A stretch of 64,000 nucleotides of DNA. It comes from Lytechinus pictus. Its lineage: Eukaryota. The position numbers and the translations under genes were made by a program. Below are positions 15,001 to 26,821 of this stretch, in pieces. Below the pieces are notes generated by a model. The model worked only from the letters and a program-made list of their open reading frames with translations. It searched no databases and was not told where the DNA came from. How positions within the stretch are numbered: position 1 is the first letter of the stretch; every line of letters begins with the position of its first letter. The stretch is from positions 3,164,001 to 3,228,000 of the forward strand of contig NC_087246.1 in assembly GCF_037042905.1 (NCBI RefSeq), read 5' to 3'.

Positions 15001-18000
15001 TCTTGTGATCTTAAATGAGTCTGAAAAAATGCTTGGAACCAACTGGAGTTTATCCTACCATCTAGTGCTTGCACAGCAGTGACTACATCATTAAATCTGT
15101 TGGAAATAGATACCTTAGCTGTCCTATGGCTTGTTTCTCAAAACCACCCTTAAATCTCACAAACCCTCAGAACATTTTGAATCACGACAATGAATATTCA
15201 TAACTTTGCACAAGGACAAAGCTTAAATGTTTAGACAATATCTGAGTATATATCAATTGATGTAATACATCTATGGCTTGCAGTCAAAAAAAGACGTAAA
15301 AGAAGAGAGCACAGCTGATCATAAAATTAGCTGGTTGGTCAAAATCAAAGACGTAGCCTTAAACCTGCTACCTCTCTCATTGCGTTACTTACTGAATTTT
15401 AAGATATCTTTCTTCTGTCAAACTTTCATCATTATCATCTCTCATTATGTGCTTTAATCAAAGTCAACTTAATGTTGTTTAATCATTTTAAAGGTTGATC
15501 ATATTCAAAGAAGCAGTCTAAATCATGAATAATAAGAGATTACTTACAGGGACCTGTTCCCTCTGTTTGAGTTTCCTCATAATGGTGGTACCAGGTGCTA
15601 CGTTAGTAGACTTCTCTTGAACTGCCTTCTCCTTACGAGCCATCTCCTCAGCAGAAGGTGCCTGAGTGAAAGGATTCTCGGTCAAGGAATCAGATACTGT
15701 CAATATCAAGAGAAAATTCATGTAAGTTATAATAAGAATAAGAAGAATATTATATAATATTTTATTGCATTTATAACGTACATACATGTTTCTAAGAGCA
15801 CAACAAAGATTAGAAAAATAAAGGAATAAATGAAAACCAAACTTGAACACAAAATTGAATTAAGAGGACTGCCTAATAAGGTATGTTTCAATAAGTGTAA
15901 CATGACCTGCAAAGCAAGGACAGTAGGTGTTTTGTGATAAGCTATTAGATGCAAGAAGGATATTCAGCAACAAAAGTATGTGGATTTGTTTTCCACCTTC
16001 CCTCCCTTTAATACGATCGAAAACTAAGAAAATTTGCCTGTTCTCTCACGAGACCACTTTCAGTTAAAACTTTTAGTTTTCAGTTAAACTTTTAGTTACA
16101 ATTTGTCAATTAGTTTACAGCGCCCCATCCTGGAAAGCTATGCTTTTCTTGGGGCCCTTCTGATTTTTATTTGTGAATTTTGTATGTATTTGTTTTACTT
16201 TATGTTTTTAGTGGAAAATAAATGATATGAAAGTGCAAAGTTCACTTCAAATATGTTCTACTTGTAATGCTGTTACAGTTGGGTGAATTCAGAGGCAGGC
16301 CAATATATAACTTGGTATATAGTCATGGTAACCAAATTGTCAGAGAATTGATTTAACGAAATTTGGTGATGGAAAGCTTCTTATGTCAATTGACAGGCTA
16401 TTCCACAATTTAGGGGCAGCAAGGACAAATGAACTATCACCAAGTGTGACTGAATTGTGTTTTGTTAAAGGGTATTTAGAAAAATAATTAATCTGTGGAA
16501 CTGTGCAGGCTCTGACTCTGTGATTGGTTTAAGTATAATACTGTTATGTAATGTGGAGCTTGACCAATTAATGATTATTATTTATTGGAGCCCTGGAAAG
16601 TTCTGTCTTGAAACTATTTACTTTTCTATCTATTGTACAATACTTTCAGAACTGAATGAAGTGAAAATATACAATTAACAAGATTTTGAAGGAGATTCTA
16701 TGACATACTGGTAATCAGTGGAGCTCTTGGAGGAGAGGTGTAGTTAAACTGAACTTTGGCAAACAACAGACAAGTCTTGCACATGCATTTAGGACACTTT
16801 GAAGCTTAGAAATAAGTAGGATCTAAAGCAAGGTGATTGTTTTTCAGAATTGCCCTTACAACATTGATAACAATTAAATAAGATTAAATATACTAATTCA
16901 AGTCTCTGACCTTTGACCCCTCCATTGACAAATGGATGATATAGAAGGCTTGGCCATGTCAGACGATGCTTGGAACTCTTTGTCAATAAACCCTGCAGGA
17001 AATCCTAATAGTGCAGAAAATGAAATAGCATTTAAATTAATTGACAAGATTATTCTTAGCTTACAATGAAAAAAAAATTGCTTCATATCTTCATTTCTTA
17101 AGAGACATTAAATAAATCAAATTGATTTGTAATCTTTGAAAATTCATTCTTTACCTAATACTCAAAATTATGTCACATCTTATTCAAGAGCACAACACTG
17201 CTCAGATTTCCGATTTTTACAATACCAGAGATACAGCTTTGATTTTTCAAGGAGATATCATTTCACATGTCCAATATCACCTAAATTACTGCACATGAAA
17301 ATACAACCAAATTACAAAAAATAACAGCTCATGAATGTAGGGGAGACCGGGGTTAGTTGGAACATGGGGTAAGTTGAAACATTGTAATTTTCTTTAACGT
17401 CTTAAAATAAATTTCTCCAATACTGCCCGCAATTTATTGTCATTATCAACAGCCATCCACCATATTACAGACAACACATGTGCAACAAGCCTGGTGAAGT
17501 TAGAAAGGAATTTTTGTTTTTTGACCTTCTGAGTAATTTTTTTCTCTTTCAGAAATGTTTGATTATCTCAGAGAAGTTTATAGATCAAGTTGGCCAGTTT
17601 GGGGGTATAATAGACACTTGTACCAAGCTACAAAATGAGGTTATTAATATGCCATGGTGAAGTCCCTTTTTTGTGCTGTAAGGTTTTAAACGTCAAACGG
17701 GCCTTCAGGGTTAGTTGGAACAAAATTGAAGGGGCTAGTTGGAACATGTTCCAACTTACCCCAAACATAATTATGAATAAAAACATTGGATATGAGAAAA
17801 AAATATATAAAGTATTTCACACTCTTCTGAACATATATTGTATACCATGCTTGTTTTGTTTATCAGTTAGGTCTGAGTGTGCATTTAAGGCCTATTGTAG
17901 GCCCCTAATGCAATATTAACCCTTATCAAAATGGGAGGGGGGTCAATTTGAGCCCCCTCCTCAAGAAATTTTGTCACTATGCCATTGCGCAAATTTTTTT

Positions 18001-21000
18001 TAGTACACTGCCCGCTGACTTTTTACTTTCAAGTCTTGCGCATCATTTGAGACCAAATTTGCGATGCCTGTGTGCACGGTTTCGAAAATATGCAACATTT
18101 TGTACGTGCATGTTCGGACCCAAAATTGTTCAAAAATGTGATTCCATGTACAAGGTCAATGCAAATTGTGTTTTTCAACCAAAAGTCATAAATGTATGAT
18201 TATTTTTTACTTAAGTTGGTTCAAATAGATTTATTTTATGCTATTTATGATCGCAATTTGCAAAAAAGTCCCGACAAAGTTCATCGAAAAACAAAGGCAA
18301 AAAAATACAACAAAAAAAAATACATAAGAAATTATATATTTTTTGCAATTTTTGGTGGATATTTGTTATAAAATGGGAAAATTTATACTCTCACCAAAAA
18401 TTAGCATTCTACTAGCTTAATAAATACAGTTAAAGGCAAAAACATACAAAAAAATTAGGGCAAATTTCACATGCTTATTTGCATAACTAATTAATTAAAA
18501 AATATAAACAATTAATTTTTGTCTTATAAATTTGATGCAGAAGTACATGAAATTGCTGATAGTACACTATGCATGTAAAATCAAACGCACCCAAATATGC
18601 GGAATTCTACTACTCAGTCTGCTTGTGTGAGTGGCTGTATAATAGAAAACATAAAGTTCAACGAATCCACACTTTAATATTTTTACTTGAATAAAATAAA
18701 GCAAATAGGCTAAAACCATGTAATATTACAGTTTTAAGTAGTTTTAGTATAATTCTTAATTGACCATGCAGTGTTCCAACTTACCCCATACCATGTTCCA
18801 ACTTACCCCGTATATGGGGTAAGTTGGAACGTTTGCTATGGTCTTGTTCAAGGTGGATTTTTTCAGTAACCATTTAAGAGTTAAAAATTTTATGGGGTAC
18901 ATTTGAAGCCCTTAGATATATGCTTCAAGCTGATATATTGATTGTTTCTCGAATAAAATTTATTTGGATTTTACAGCCATTTTTTTCAAAAATGTTCCAA
19001 CTAACCCCGGTCTCCCCTACTCATTAGGTTAAAAAAAAGGTAAAGTGAAAACACTCTTCTCGTTATATATTAGCTTTTAAAGTAAGCGGAACAGATCTTA
19101 CCTTGAATTCAGGATTCATGTTTTTAGGCCATTTGACAGGATCCTGTGATAAAAAATAATTACATGATTACATTATTTAGTTGCTTTGGAAAAGAAAAGT
19201 CATAAAACTGAAAATATAAAATGAGAGGTCAGTGAAAATTTTGCAATTTTTTTCTAAATAAATTTCGGAGAATCAAATTGATTAAATGAAAATGTACTAT
19301 AGTTATTAAATGCAAATTTGCAATTCCCAGAAATTTGCCATACTTTTTGGCTTTTGATACTAAAATCCTTTGTGTTAAGTCATTAATTTAATTTTCATTC
19401 ATTCATTTAGGTTTATTTCCACAAATCTGTGTACAGCCTTTTACTAATATACAATCAATACAAAAAAAAATTAACAAATAATCTCAAATTAATACACTAC
19501 ATGTATGAAGTACATAAAATGTGAATGTGGAGGAAACCTTGGAAGCAGAATGCTTGAAGATAAGGTTTCCTTTATTTATGCGCCCTTCATCCCCACTTTC
19601 CATTAAACTAGTGTCCATAGACAAACAAGAGCTGGAATCAAACACAACTCCTAAATTTAAACAAATTTTTTTTTTTCAATGGATAAGAAGTGCAGAAGTA
19701 CTAGGAACAACATCATATAGCTCCATAGCAAAGTCAACAGCAAAATTGGTTTCATCACACATTGCAAAGAGTCTTTAAACCATACCTTAATGATAAGACT
19801 AACAAGCTGGAAAATGCTATTGGTGTAGAAAGGGGGTGTTCCCACATACAGCTCATAGAGAATACATCCAAGGGACCATAAATCAGCCGTGTGATCGTAA
19901 GGTTTCTCCTCTACTAGCTCAGGTGCCATGTATAAAGGCGTACCCTGTTGTGACAGAATGTTTGCAACAAATAATTCAATTTCAACAAATAAAACTTCTC
20001 CACTATGTTATTAATCAATTTTTAAGGAACATAATGACAAATGCTTTTTGGATATTTCTTGGCATTCTGATTTCCTTTCTTTATTATTGAAAATTAGAAT
20101 TATAATAGTAGCTACTTATATGGTACACATGTCCACTTTTTGGTGCTCATGGCACTTTAAGAAAGTGCAATCTCCACAAAAACAACAGAATAGAAATAGA
20201 AAATTCTCCTGAATATAACATATTATTAAATCATTAATGAGAGAGGAACAAATAGATCTTCATTTGGGGTGTGAATGCTTCTGTTGATAACTTTAGATGT
20301 ACTTGGATATGCTGCTTATCGTACTTGATATCATAGAAGATCATTTATCATAAACTAGAAAACAAATTATCACTCTTTATCAATCTTATTGCACCAATGA
20401 GCACTAATAAAATAAAGTATGCTCATTGCATTAAGACACAGAGTCTAGATGTACACATTTTTATCCAATGATCATTGTATCATAACAATAATCCAACTCC
20501 AGCAATTCACTGACCTTGATTGAAGTCAGGACAAGTGTGTTAATACTCATGGCCCGGGCAAATCCAAAGTCACAAAGCTTGACCACGCCCCCTTTACCCA
20601 GAAGAATGTTCTGTGGTTTCATGTCTCTGTGAAGGATGCGATGGGCATGTAGGTAGTACAGAGCAGACAGAAGCTGACAGGCAATCTCTCTCACCTGTAA
20701 GATGTATTGAGAGGAAAAGTACAATAGGTCATGTCGGATGAATTTAAAAAAGTCAAATCAAAAGTATCCCAAGGTCTATAAAGCAGATTATAGTCAATGG
20801 ATTGCTATATCTGCAGGTATGATAACTCACCAAGATTGGGAGGATAGCATGAATTTTTCATCAAGAATTTCTTCAGGAGAAAAAATGTAGTGTGCCATTT
20901 TTATTTGTGTGTCTATGTCTAGGCTCATGTTCTTGTTTATTGCTGATTATAAATAGAATAACTTCTTTTCCCCCTCCGTTATTACATTTACTAAAACTGG

Positions 21001-23258
21001 TAGCTCCTTTTTCCTCTTCTTTCCATCATTCGTCAACATTGTATGTAACCAAAATTTGAAATTCCCTAACACAGTGCCAAACCCCAATATACAGCTTCCA
21101 TATATCAATATCCAAATTGGACTCCAAGCAGGCGAGGGTTGGAAACAATGAATGTATGAAGCAATCAAAGGTATGTGTGCAAGCAAAATTATGACGTGTA
21201 ATAGAGGGATGCATTACATATTGTATCCTCCAAGTTAATATAAAGCATTCCCAAACACTCCTCCCTGTTTTGTTTGTCCTTTCTCTCATTTCATTTTCTC
21301 TCTCTCATAGATTATTACCTGTTGTTCAGGTAGAGTGCCATCATCCTCTAAGATCTGAAACAATTCTCCTTCAGCATAATCTGTTACTGCTACCACCTGA
21401 GGATTATAGAGACAGTAAACATTAACTTTTTCTGCATTATCAACAGGATTACTTTAAAGAAAATACTAAACTGCTGAATATGAAAATGAATGAAAATGAA
21501 ATGGAAATTGAATACATACAACTTTCTTTATTATAGAGTAGGCCTATTCAATTCTTTTTTTTTCAGGAAATTGTTTTAGATATATGCCTATTCTTTGGTT
21601 CACTATATTCTGTACAAAGTAGGTAAATTATAGTTCAGTGTTGACATTCTGGCGTGAGTGTTAGGCCGATTTGCATTGTAAAGGCACCAAATCCAAAGAT
21701 GAAGTTGATCTGAGGATGAATCTCACTAGGTAACAATAATGTGATATGGATCATTTTTGTAAACTCACCTTAGATTTCAGAGCTAGAGGCGGCAATATTA
21801 AGCATGCATCGAACACTAACAACAAATTTGAAAGCACATTGTTAAATAGACAAAAATAAATGTTTATTTGAAGTTGAACTAGTTATATATTTTTATTTTT
21901 CACCTCTTTATCAGTCTCAAATGTATCTAACATCTCAATGATGTTTGGATGGTGCATCCCCCTCATGATTTCAATCTCCTTGCGCAGACTGTCCAGTTCT
22001 TTATCACTCCGACCATGTTTGGGGATAAACTTCAAAGCAACAATCTACAACAATGTGCGAGAGAAAATAAAATAAAATGCAGTACATGTATGTGTATATT
22101 GGTATAAAAATTAGTAGGTTATAAATGGAATAATTAACATTGTTGAAAGTAGAAAAAAAAATTCTGATTGAATGAGAGTTAGGCCTACATGTAATGTACC
22201 TTGTCTTTCCGTAATAGAAGTCATTATAACAACAAATAATCAAGATCACTGTACATTGTGTAACAACGCATTGGGATGAAATCTTTATGGTACATATACG
22301 ATTGAGATATGAATTTTTAATGTATATTGATATACATGTATGAATGACTTCTTAAGCCAGCTGCACACTACTTAATTGGAAGCAACACAATTTTTAACAA
22401 ATCATATCTTGCATCAAATCTGAAAATTCTAAGAAATAAAATCATTTTATTTGAAGTCCAACATTATGCCAGGAATACTAAAATCAGAATTTTGGTCAAA
22501 TTAAAATCCAAATCAGCTTCAAGTCACAGCCAATAATAACTTCATTATAATTTGGAATAAGTTTGCTCTTATTCCTCCAGGGAGGCTTAAATAGACTGGA
22601 ATTTTTATTTTTGTATTCGAACCACTATTAACAACTTTATCATCAAGATTTTCTAGTATTGAATAAATCTGATAGCAACAGATTGTGTAGTATGTGTTGG
22701 GCTATAGTATGTTGAGCTCAGGCAATTACTCTCAGACCTATAGATTACAACAGTAGCTGGATAGGTGAATTTGTATCTTGGACAAAATCATGCATAAACT
22801 GCCTTTAGAAGAATTCTATGATCTTAGTTTATTTGAGTCATCCCTATTCATTCCTCTCTGCTTCATTCATTACATACTCCAATCACTTTCATATTTATCC
22901 CTCTTGATTAAAAACAAATTTATCTTGAATTCACCACTCAATAATAACTACATGTAACCCTTAATGTCATATCTACACAATAAATTATACAGTGTACAAG
23001 GTGTGTCTGCATACAAACCTTGCATTGGTGTAAGTGATAAAAAACATAATTATCTATGACAAATTTTGCTAATGACCAATCAAGAAACAACTTTTAAACA
23101 ACTATCTAAAACAAACAAAGCATAGCTAAAAAGTTTGTGAAATAGGGCATTTACATGTAATGAGAGTACTATACCTTTCCTGTGTATTTCCGCCTTCCCC
23201 TGTAAACTTTCCCAAAAGATCCCTCTCCTATTAGCTCCAATACATGATAATTATCCAT
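1..23258 (-). CDS. STK36: Serine/threonine kinase 36 (Fused) gene, 28 coding exons in window, 3' end beyond left edge
   Basis: Spliced translation begins [37 protein letters not shown] and includes [20 protein letters not shown] and GTPLYMAPE. The C-terminal region has STK36-like motifs ([32 protein letters not shown]). All exons have GT-AG ends and matching phases. Confidence 0.96.
736..877 (-). CDS. STK36: STK36 coding exon 27
   Basis: [47 protein letters not shown], 142 nt. Confidence 0.9.
1502..1575 (-). CDS. STK36: STK36 coding exon 26
   Basis: (G)[24 protein letters not shown], 74 nt. Confidence 0.9.
2062..2267 (-). CDS. STK36: STK36 coding exon 25
   Basis: [29 protein letters not shown]...MTEVPM(G), 206 nt, GTGAGT donor. 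Confidence 0.9.
2831..2934 (-). CDS. STK36: STK36 coding exon 24
   Basis: [34 protein letters not shown], 104 nt. Confidence 0.88.
3034..3180. repeat. (ATC)n imperfect microsatellite
   Basis: Directly visible. Confidence 0.9.
3232..3421 (-). CDS. STK36: STK36 coding exon 23
   Basis: LMQTLGIEE...[24 protein letters not shown], 190 nt; AAG acceptor. Confidence 0.9.
3734..3870 (-). CDS. STK36: STK36 coding exon 22
   Basis: [23 protein letters not shown]...VWDLIWH(R), 137 nt. Confidence 0.9.
3857..4331. repeat. Tandem duplication (242 + 233 bp) including the STK36 exon-22 acceptor
   Basis: 3857-4098 and 4099-4331 are near-identical, differing by a 9-bp indel and a few substitutions. Confidence 0.95.
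4490..4600 (-). CDS. STK36: STK36 coding exon 21
   Basis: [37 protein letters not shown], 111 nt; AAG acceptor. Confidence 0.83.
5046..6170. repeat. Compound trinucleotide microsatellite (GAT/GAG/GGT)n, about 1.1 kb, intronic
   Basis: Directly visible; produces the poly-M, poly-D/E and poly-H/P ORFs. Confidence 0.98.
6187..6250 (-). CDS. STK36: STK36 coding exon 20
   Basis: [21 protein letters not shown], 64 nt, GTAAGT donor. Confidence 0.87.
6448..6542 (-). CDS. STK36: STK36 coding exon 19
   Basis: [31 protein letters not shown], 95 nt, GTAAGT donor. Confidence 0.85.
7099..7197 (-). CDS. STK36: STK36 coding exon 18
   Basis: [33 protein letters not shown], 99 nt. Confidence 0.85.
8087..8194 (-). 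CDS. STK36: STK36 coding exon 17
   Basis: [36 protein letters not shown], 108 nt. Confidence 0.87.
8465..8589 (-). CDS. STK36: STK36 coding exon 16
   Basis: (S)[27 protein letters not shown]...EGKRK, 125 nt. Confidence 0.87.
9418..9568 (-). CDS. STK36: STK36 coding exon 15
   Basis: [16 protein letters not shown]...DDTLIKKVT, 151 nt; the GTAAGT donor gives the phase-1 join the next exon needs. Confidence 0.87.
9960..10065 (-). CDS. STK36: STK36 coding exon 14
   Basis: [35 protein letters not shown], 106 nt. Confidence 0.88.
10837..10928 (-). CDS. STK36: STK36 coding exon 13
   Basis: [30 protein letters not shown](R), 92 nt. Confidence 0.88.
11959..12058 (-). CDS. STK36: STK36 coding exon 12
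   Basis: [33 protein letters not shown], 100 nt, phase 2 to 0 fits. Confidence 0.85.
13313..13536 (-). CDS. STK36: STK36 coding exon 11
   Basis: [12 protein letters not shown]...[24 protein letters not shown], 224 nt. Confidence 0.92.
13979..14083 (-). CDS. STK36: STK36 coding exon 10
   Basis: [15 protein letters not shown]...NVRLQEE, 105 nt. Confidence 0.85.
14743..14907 (-). CDS. STK36: STK36 coding exon 9
   Basis: [13 protein letters not shown]...[15 protein letters not shown], 165 nt open, AG/GT. Confidence 0.8.
15548..15696 (-). CDS. STK36: STK36 coding exon 8
   Basis: (V)[28 protein letters not shown]...REQVP, 149 nt, phase fits, GTAAGT donor. Confidence 0.85.
16911..17004 (-). CDS. 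STK36: STK36 coding exon 7 (end of kinase domain)
   Basis: [31 protein letters not shown]+G, 94 nt. Confidence 0.92.
17340..19017. mobile_element. Non-autonomous TIR DNA transposon (TA target, Tc1/pogo-like), carrying an internal piggyBac-like fragment starting TTAA-CCC at about 17916
   Basis: Perfect TIR GGGGAGACCGGGGTTAGTTGGAACAT, TA on both sides, repeated subterminal GGGGTAAGTTGGAAC motifs. Confidence 0.85.
19102..19143 (-). CDS. STK36: STK36 coding exon 6
   Basis: [14 protein letters not shown], 42 nt, CAG acceptor and GTAAG donor. Confidence 0.92.
19786..19944 (-). CDS. STK36: STK36 coding exon 5
   Basis: [53 protein letters not shown], 159 nt. Confidence 0.97.
20515..20694 (-). CDS. 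STK36: STK36 coding exon 4 (catalytic loop, DFG)
   Basis: [60 protein letters not shown], 180 nt. Confidence 0.97.
21319..21396 (-). CDS. STK36: STK36 coding exon 3
   Basis: [26 protein letters not shown], 78 nt. Confidence 0.95.
21904..22044 (-). CDS. STK36: STK36 coding exon 2
   Basis: [47 protein letters not shown], 141 nt. Confidence 0.95.
23175..23258 (-). CDS. STK36: STK36 coding exon 1 (start; Gly-rich loop)
   Basis: [28 protein letters not shown], 84 nt, GT donor; 5'UTR part extends to a CAG acceptor at 23378-23380. Confidence 0.95.
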
Positions 23259-24141
23259 GACAAGTCGTCTGCAACTAGTCACTTCTTGACATCATAAGTA
23301 TCAGAGGTTGGTTAAATGGAAACATATGTACAAGCTTTACTGATCCAGAAAGATAGTATTTGGACATCAAAGAATATCTGAAAAAGCAAGACACCATAAT
23401 TTAACATTTTAATTCCAATGTAACATAGGTCATGATGAAGCGTTAGCATAAGGTCCCCTAAGTCGCGCAATGCCCCTTGTTTGCACATACATCATATATG
23501 CGTATCTGCACGATTCTAGTAAAAGAAGATAGGCGACTATCACAAACTTTACACATGCAACACATAGAAATATTCATTATTCACAATGGTGGAAAATAGT
23601 GAATTTCATGTGATACCCTAAAAATCATGTGTAAAGTGAATGGGTGCACAGACATGGGGCACCAGTTTTTTTTTTTTTTGTTCTGTATGAAAATGACTGA
23701 CTGAGGTTTTTTCAAAGAAAATCATATATTTCTCTCAATTTTTGATAAGATTTTTGGCTTATGGCTTTAGGATTATCAATTTTCAACCTATGAGGTCATA
23801 CTTTTGTAACTAATGAGGTCAATATGTAACATGATTCACCTCAATAATAATTCATGACAATAGCACATATACGGCTTGGTGGAAGCACCCGCGGAAACAC
23901 AATGACGGTGACAAGGCTTGTTACGGGGTGAGCTGTCTAGTGATTTTATTTTTAATTATGGACATTTTTTAGTGAAATTAGTTATTGTGTTTGACTGAGA
24001 TATAGATATCACAATCTATATCTAAGGTAAAAATTCTGAATATCTGTAGATTTTGTACAATGGTGCTTGAAAGTCTGACTATTCTGGCAGCTCTTTTCCA
24101 ACCTGATTGAGATCCCAATGTCCCCTATGCCAGAGTGCCTG

Positions 24142-24228
24142 AATGTGCCAGCCAATCACATTCGTGTTACCATTTTCAGTTTATGATAAACTAAAAATGG
24201 TAACACAAACATGATTGGCTGGCGCATT
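24142..24228. repeat. 87-bp palindrome (43-bp arms, 1-nt loop)
   Basis: Arms match at 38/43, all mismatches are transitions. Confidence 0.9.
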
Positions 24229-25022
24229 TGTATGCTCAAGCTGCTGTAAAGCAAGAGAAACATAACGATGACCGATCATTGGAACCCGATGCCGGCTCTT
24301 TGGAATATAATGTTTGGATCTTAAATCACATATTTCAAGAAACTGGTACGCTGATTGCTTTCTTACAATGACATGTTAATTTCATTCACATGCTTTGTGT
24401 TCTCTGCAAAAAGAGGGAATTAAACTTAAACTTAAAAAGTCGAAGAGGGTGCGGTAGGTCACTCTTTTCTCCATAGACACGTGACTTAGTTAATCAACGT
24501 GCGAAACATCAGCACTTCGAGTCTAATGGGAGCTGAGATTTCCATCGGTGTAGCAGGAGGACTAAAAAAATAAGGGTCTCAAAATTTTTTAAACTGCCTG
24601 TGAAAGAAGCAGATTTTTCAGTCTAACTCTAACTTATGCACAAGCCTGACAAGGATTTGTGCGTTGTACTTGTACTTGTAGACTAAAACTTAAAGACTTG
24701 GGTAAGAATTAAGTTTTATTTTTGGCAAAAGTGTCAGCTTAAGACTGCCAATTATCTTCAATGGTAAACTAATGAGTATACACGTTACATGATGATATCT
24801 AAGAATTCCAAGTTCCAATTTGCAACGCAACTCGAACGAACTAGTCTCAGAACGAGTTTTCACAACAATCACTCACACGAATCACAATAGATGGGACAAG
24901 GTACAAATCAATCTACCCACACAATGCATGTCAACCAACAAAAATGAATGATTTTTTAAAATTAAAACAGGTCATAAACTTGGTGTGAATCTCAAGGATA
25001 AACAGTGGGTTTTTTTTCTTAC

Positions 25023-25110
25023 CAGGTACACGATTTGACCGATTTCAATACAGAAAAATACCCGCGGATTGTGTTAGAGCACGGTCACATCTCGTAGGAC
25101 GCTTTGAAAT
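25023..25110 (-). other. STK36: Probable non-coding first exon of STK36 (5' boundary uncertain)
   Basis: Minus-strand donor CTG/GTAAGA at 25022 in a CpG-rich patch; the start exon has an upstream acceptor that needs a partner. Confidence 0.55.
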
Positions 25111-25270
25111 ATCCATGCCAACTACAATTTACCGTACAAATTCGAGCTCGGCCGCCGAGCGTCTCGCAGCCGCACCATACAGGTCTCGTGATTGTTTTAA
25201 TTATGGGCAAAGAAATTATGAGAAATTGACGGGGCCGAAGAGGGGCCCGGGAAGGGAGGGGGTAGATGTG
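25060..25270 (-). promoter_or_regulatory. Putative STK36 promoter (CpG-rich, X-box-like ATATCCATGCCAAC at 25109-25122)
   Basis: Local CpG enrichment against a CpG-poor gene body; 2-mismatch RFX X-box-like palindrome. Confidence 0.4.
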
Positions 25271-25831
25271 GCCAAAGACACTATATGGGGGCTACCACCC
25301 CCCTAGCTACCACTATAATATTGAAGACAACGTAGACATACAAGCCTTAATTGATTTTTTTGGGGGGGTGTCCGTGTTCACAAAATTTGGTCTCGACTCA
25401 AACGGGCGACTGCAACAGAAAGAATGGGCTAACAGTTATGTTTAGAGAGTAACTAGATGTTTTCCATTTGGCAAGGATCTTCAAATATTTGACAAGAAAA
25501 TAAAAACATGAGAAGTCGTTCTCTTTATGGACCGTGATTGTGAGGGGGGCTCAGGGGGCCCCATGAAGTTTCTTTTTTAAAGCCCTACAATTGGGCCTAC
25601 ATTAATTTTGCTTGATTAAACAGTCGACTTAGGCCATATGACTTTATTTTTCCCCTCAATCGAGGATTTAATTTATTTACAAAAGTCAAAGCGTGACACA
25701 GACAGGAATTATTATTACAATCATGAACTTCAGTGACAATGACTATAATGAAATATAACGAACAGTTCGGTAATTTGTTATCTTCTCTTTGTCTCATATT
25801 ATTTAATTTTCATCCTTTTTTCAAACAAGAC

Positions 25832-26051
25832 CACTTGCGGAACCAGGGGGGCACAACCGGTCTGTGCCTCCCTCCCCTTTTTTGAGAAGCAAAAAAATGC
25901 CATTTTTTTTGTTTGCTTGTCCCAATTCTTTTTCGGGCACGAAATATGCAAAATTTTTGGTTAAAAACCTTTTCTTTTTTTTTTGCTTGTCAAATTTTTC
26001 CTCCGAAAAAATGTGCCCCCCCCCCTTTGGAAAATCCTGGATCCGCCCCTG
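25832..26051. mobile_element. hAT-like MITE, 220 bp
   Basis: CA...TG termini, exact 8-bp TSD AACAAGAC; family fragments also at about 36520-36700 and 39327-39410. Confidence 0.8.
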
Positions 26052-26608
26052 AACAAGACTGTACTTTCTTCGATCGAAACTAAGTGAATTTCTGTCCAAA
26101 ATCAATTTATAAATACTCCATAATGCAATGAATATAACCAAATCTAAATCAGGATTTTCCAATGTTAATGAATAAATGGCTTTATAATCATGTATTTTAA
26201 GCATAATATATATATAACATAATGTTAAAAGACTTTGGGAAGCACATTGCAACCAAGAAGAAAAAGAGAAAAGAAAAGAGAGAAGGTGGAAATATGATAT
26301 TATTTTTTAATATTATGTCAAATTAAATTTATCACAAACTTGGATTTTTGTAATAAAAATGTCAACAATTTTTCTCGCTCACTCGCAACTTCTTATAAAT
26401 TTTACGCGATACGCCATATCTAGCCCCCTATTTTTGACCAAAGCATTACACCAATGTTAGAAAGTGGTCTAATAAATTGAGAAACATAGAGTTATATCTC
26501 TATGGTGAGAAATGACCAAGAAAAGTAATTAATGACAATTGAACATAGAGCATTTTTTTGGATGCCAAAAGCTCCCCAGACCCAGAATATCTCTAGTACA
26601 CAGGGATA

Positions 26609-26613
26609 TAATA

Positions 26614-26653
<40 letters not shown>

Positions 26654-26690
26654 CGACGACGATGATGATGATGACGACGACGACGACATT
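26609..26690. repeat. (GAT/GAC)n microsatellite
   Basis: Directly visible. Confidence 0.9.
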
Positions 26691-26821
26691 CACTAACATA
26701 TACCATCATTTTACCATGCATGGAGCTAATCTGTCGCAATATATTATCATTGAGCCATTTTGAGGCTACTCACATGGTTTAATCGAGCAGGGAGTTATAT
26801 AGGAAGTCCCAACTCCCTGGC

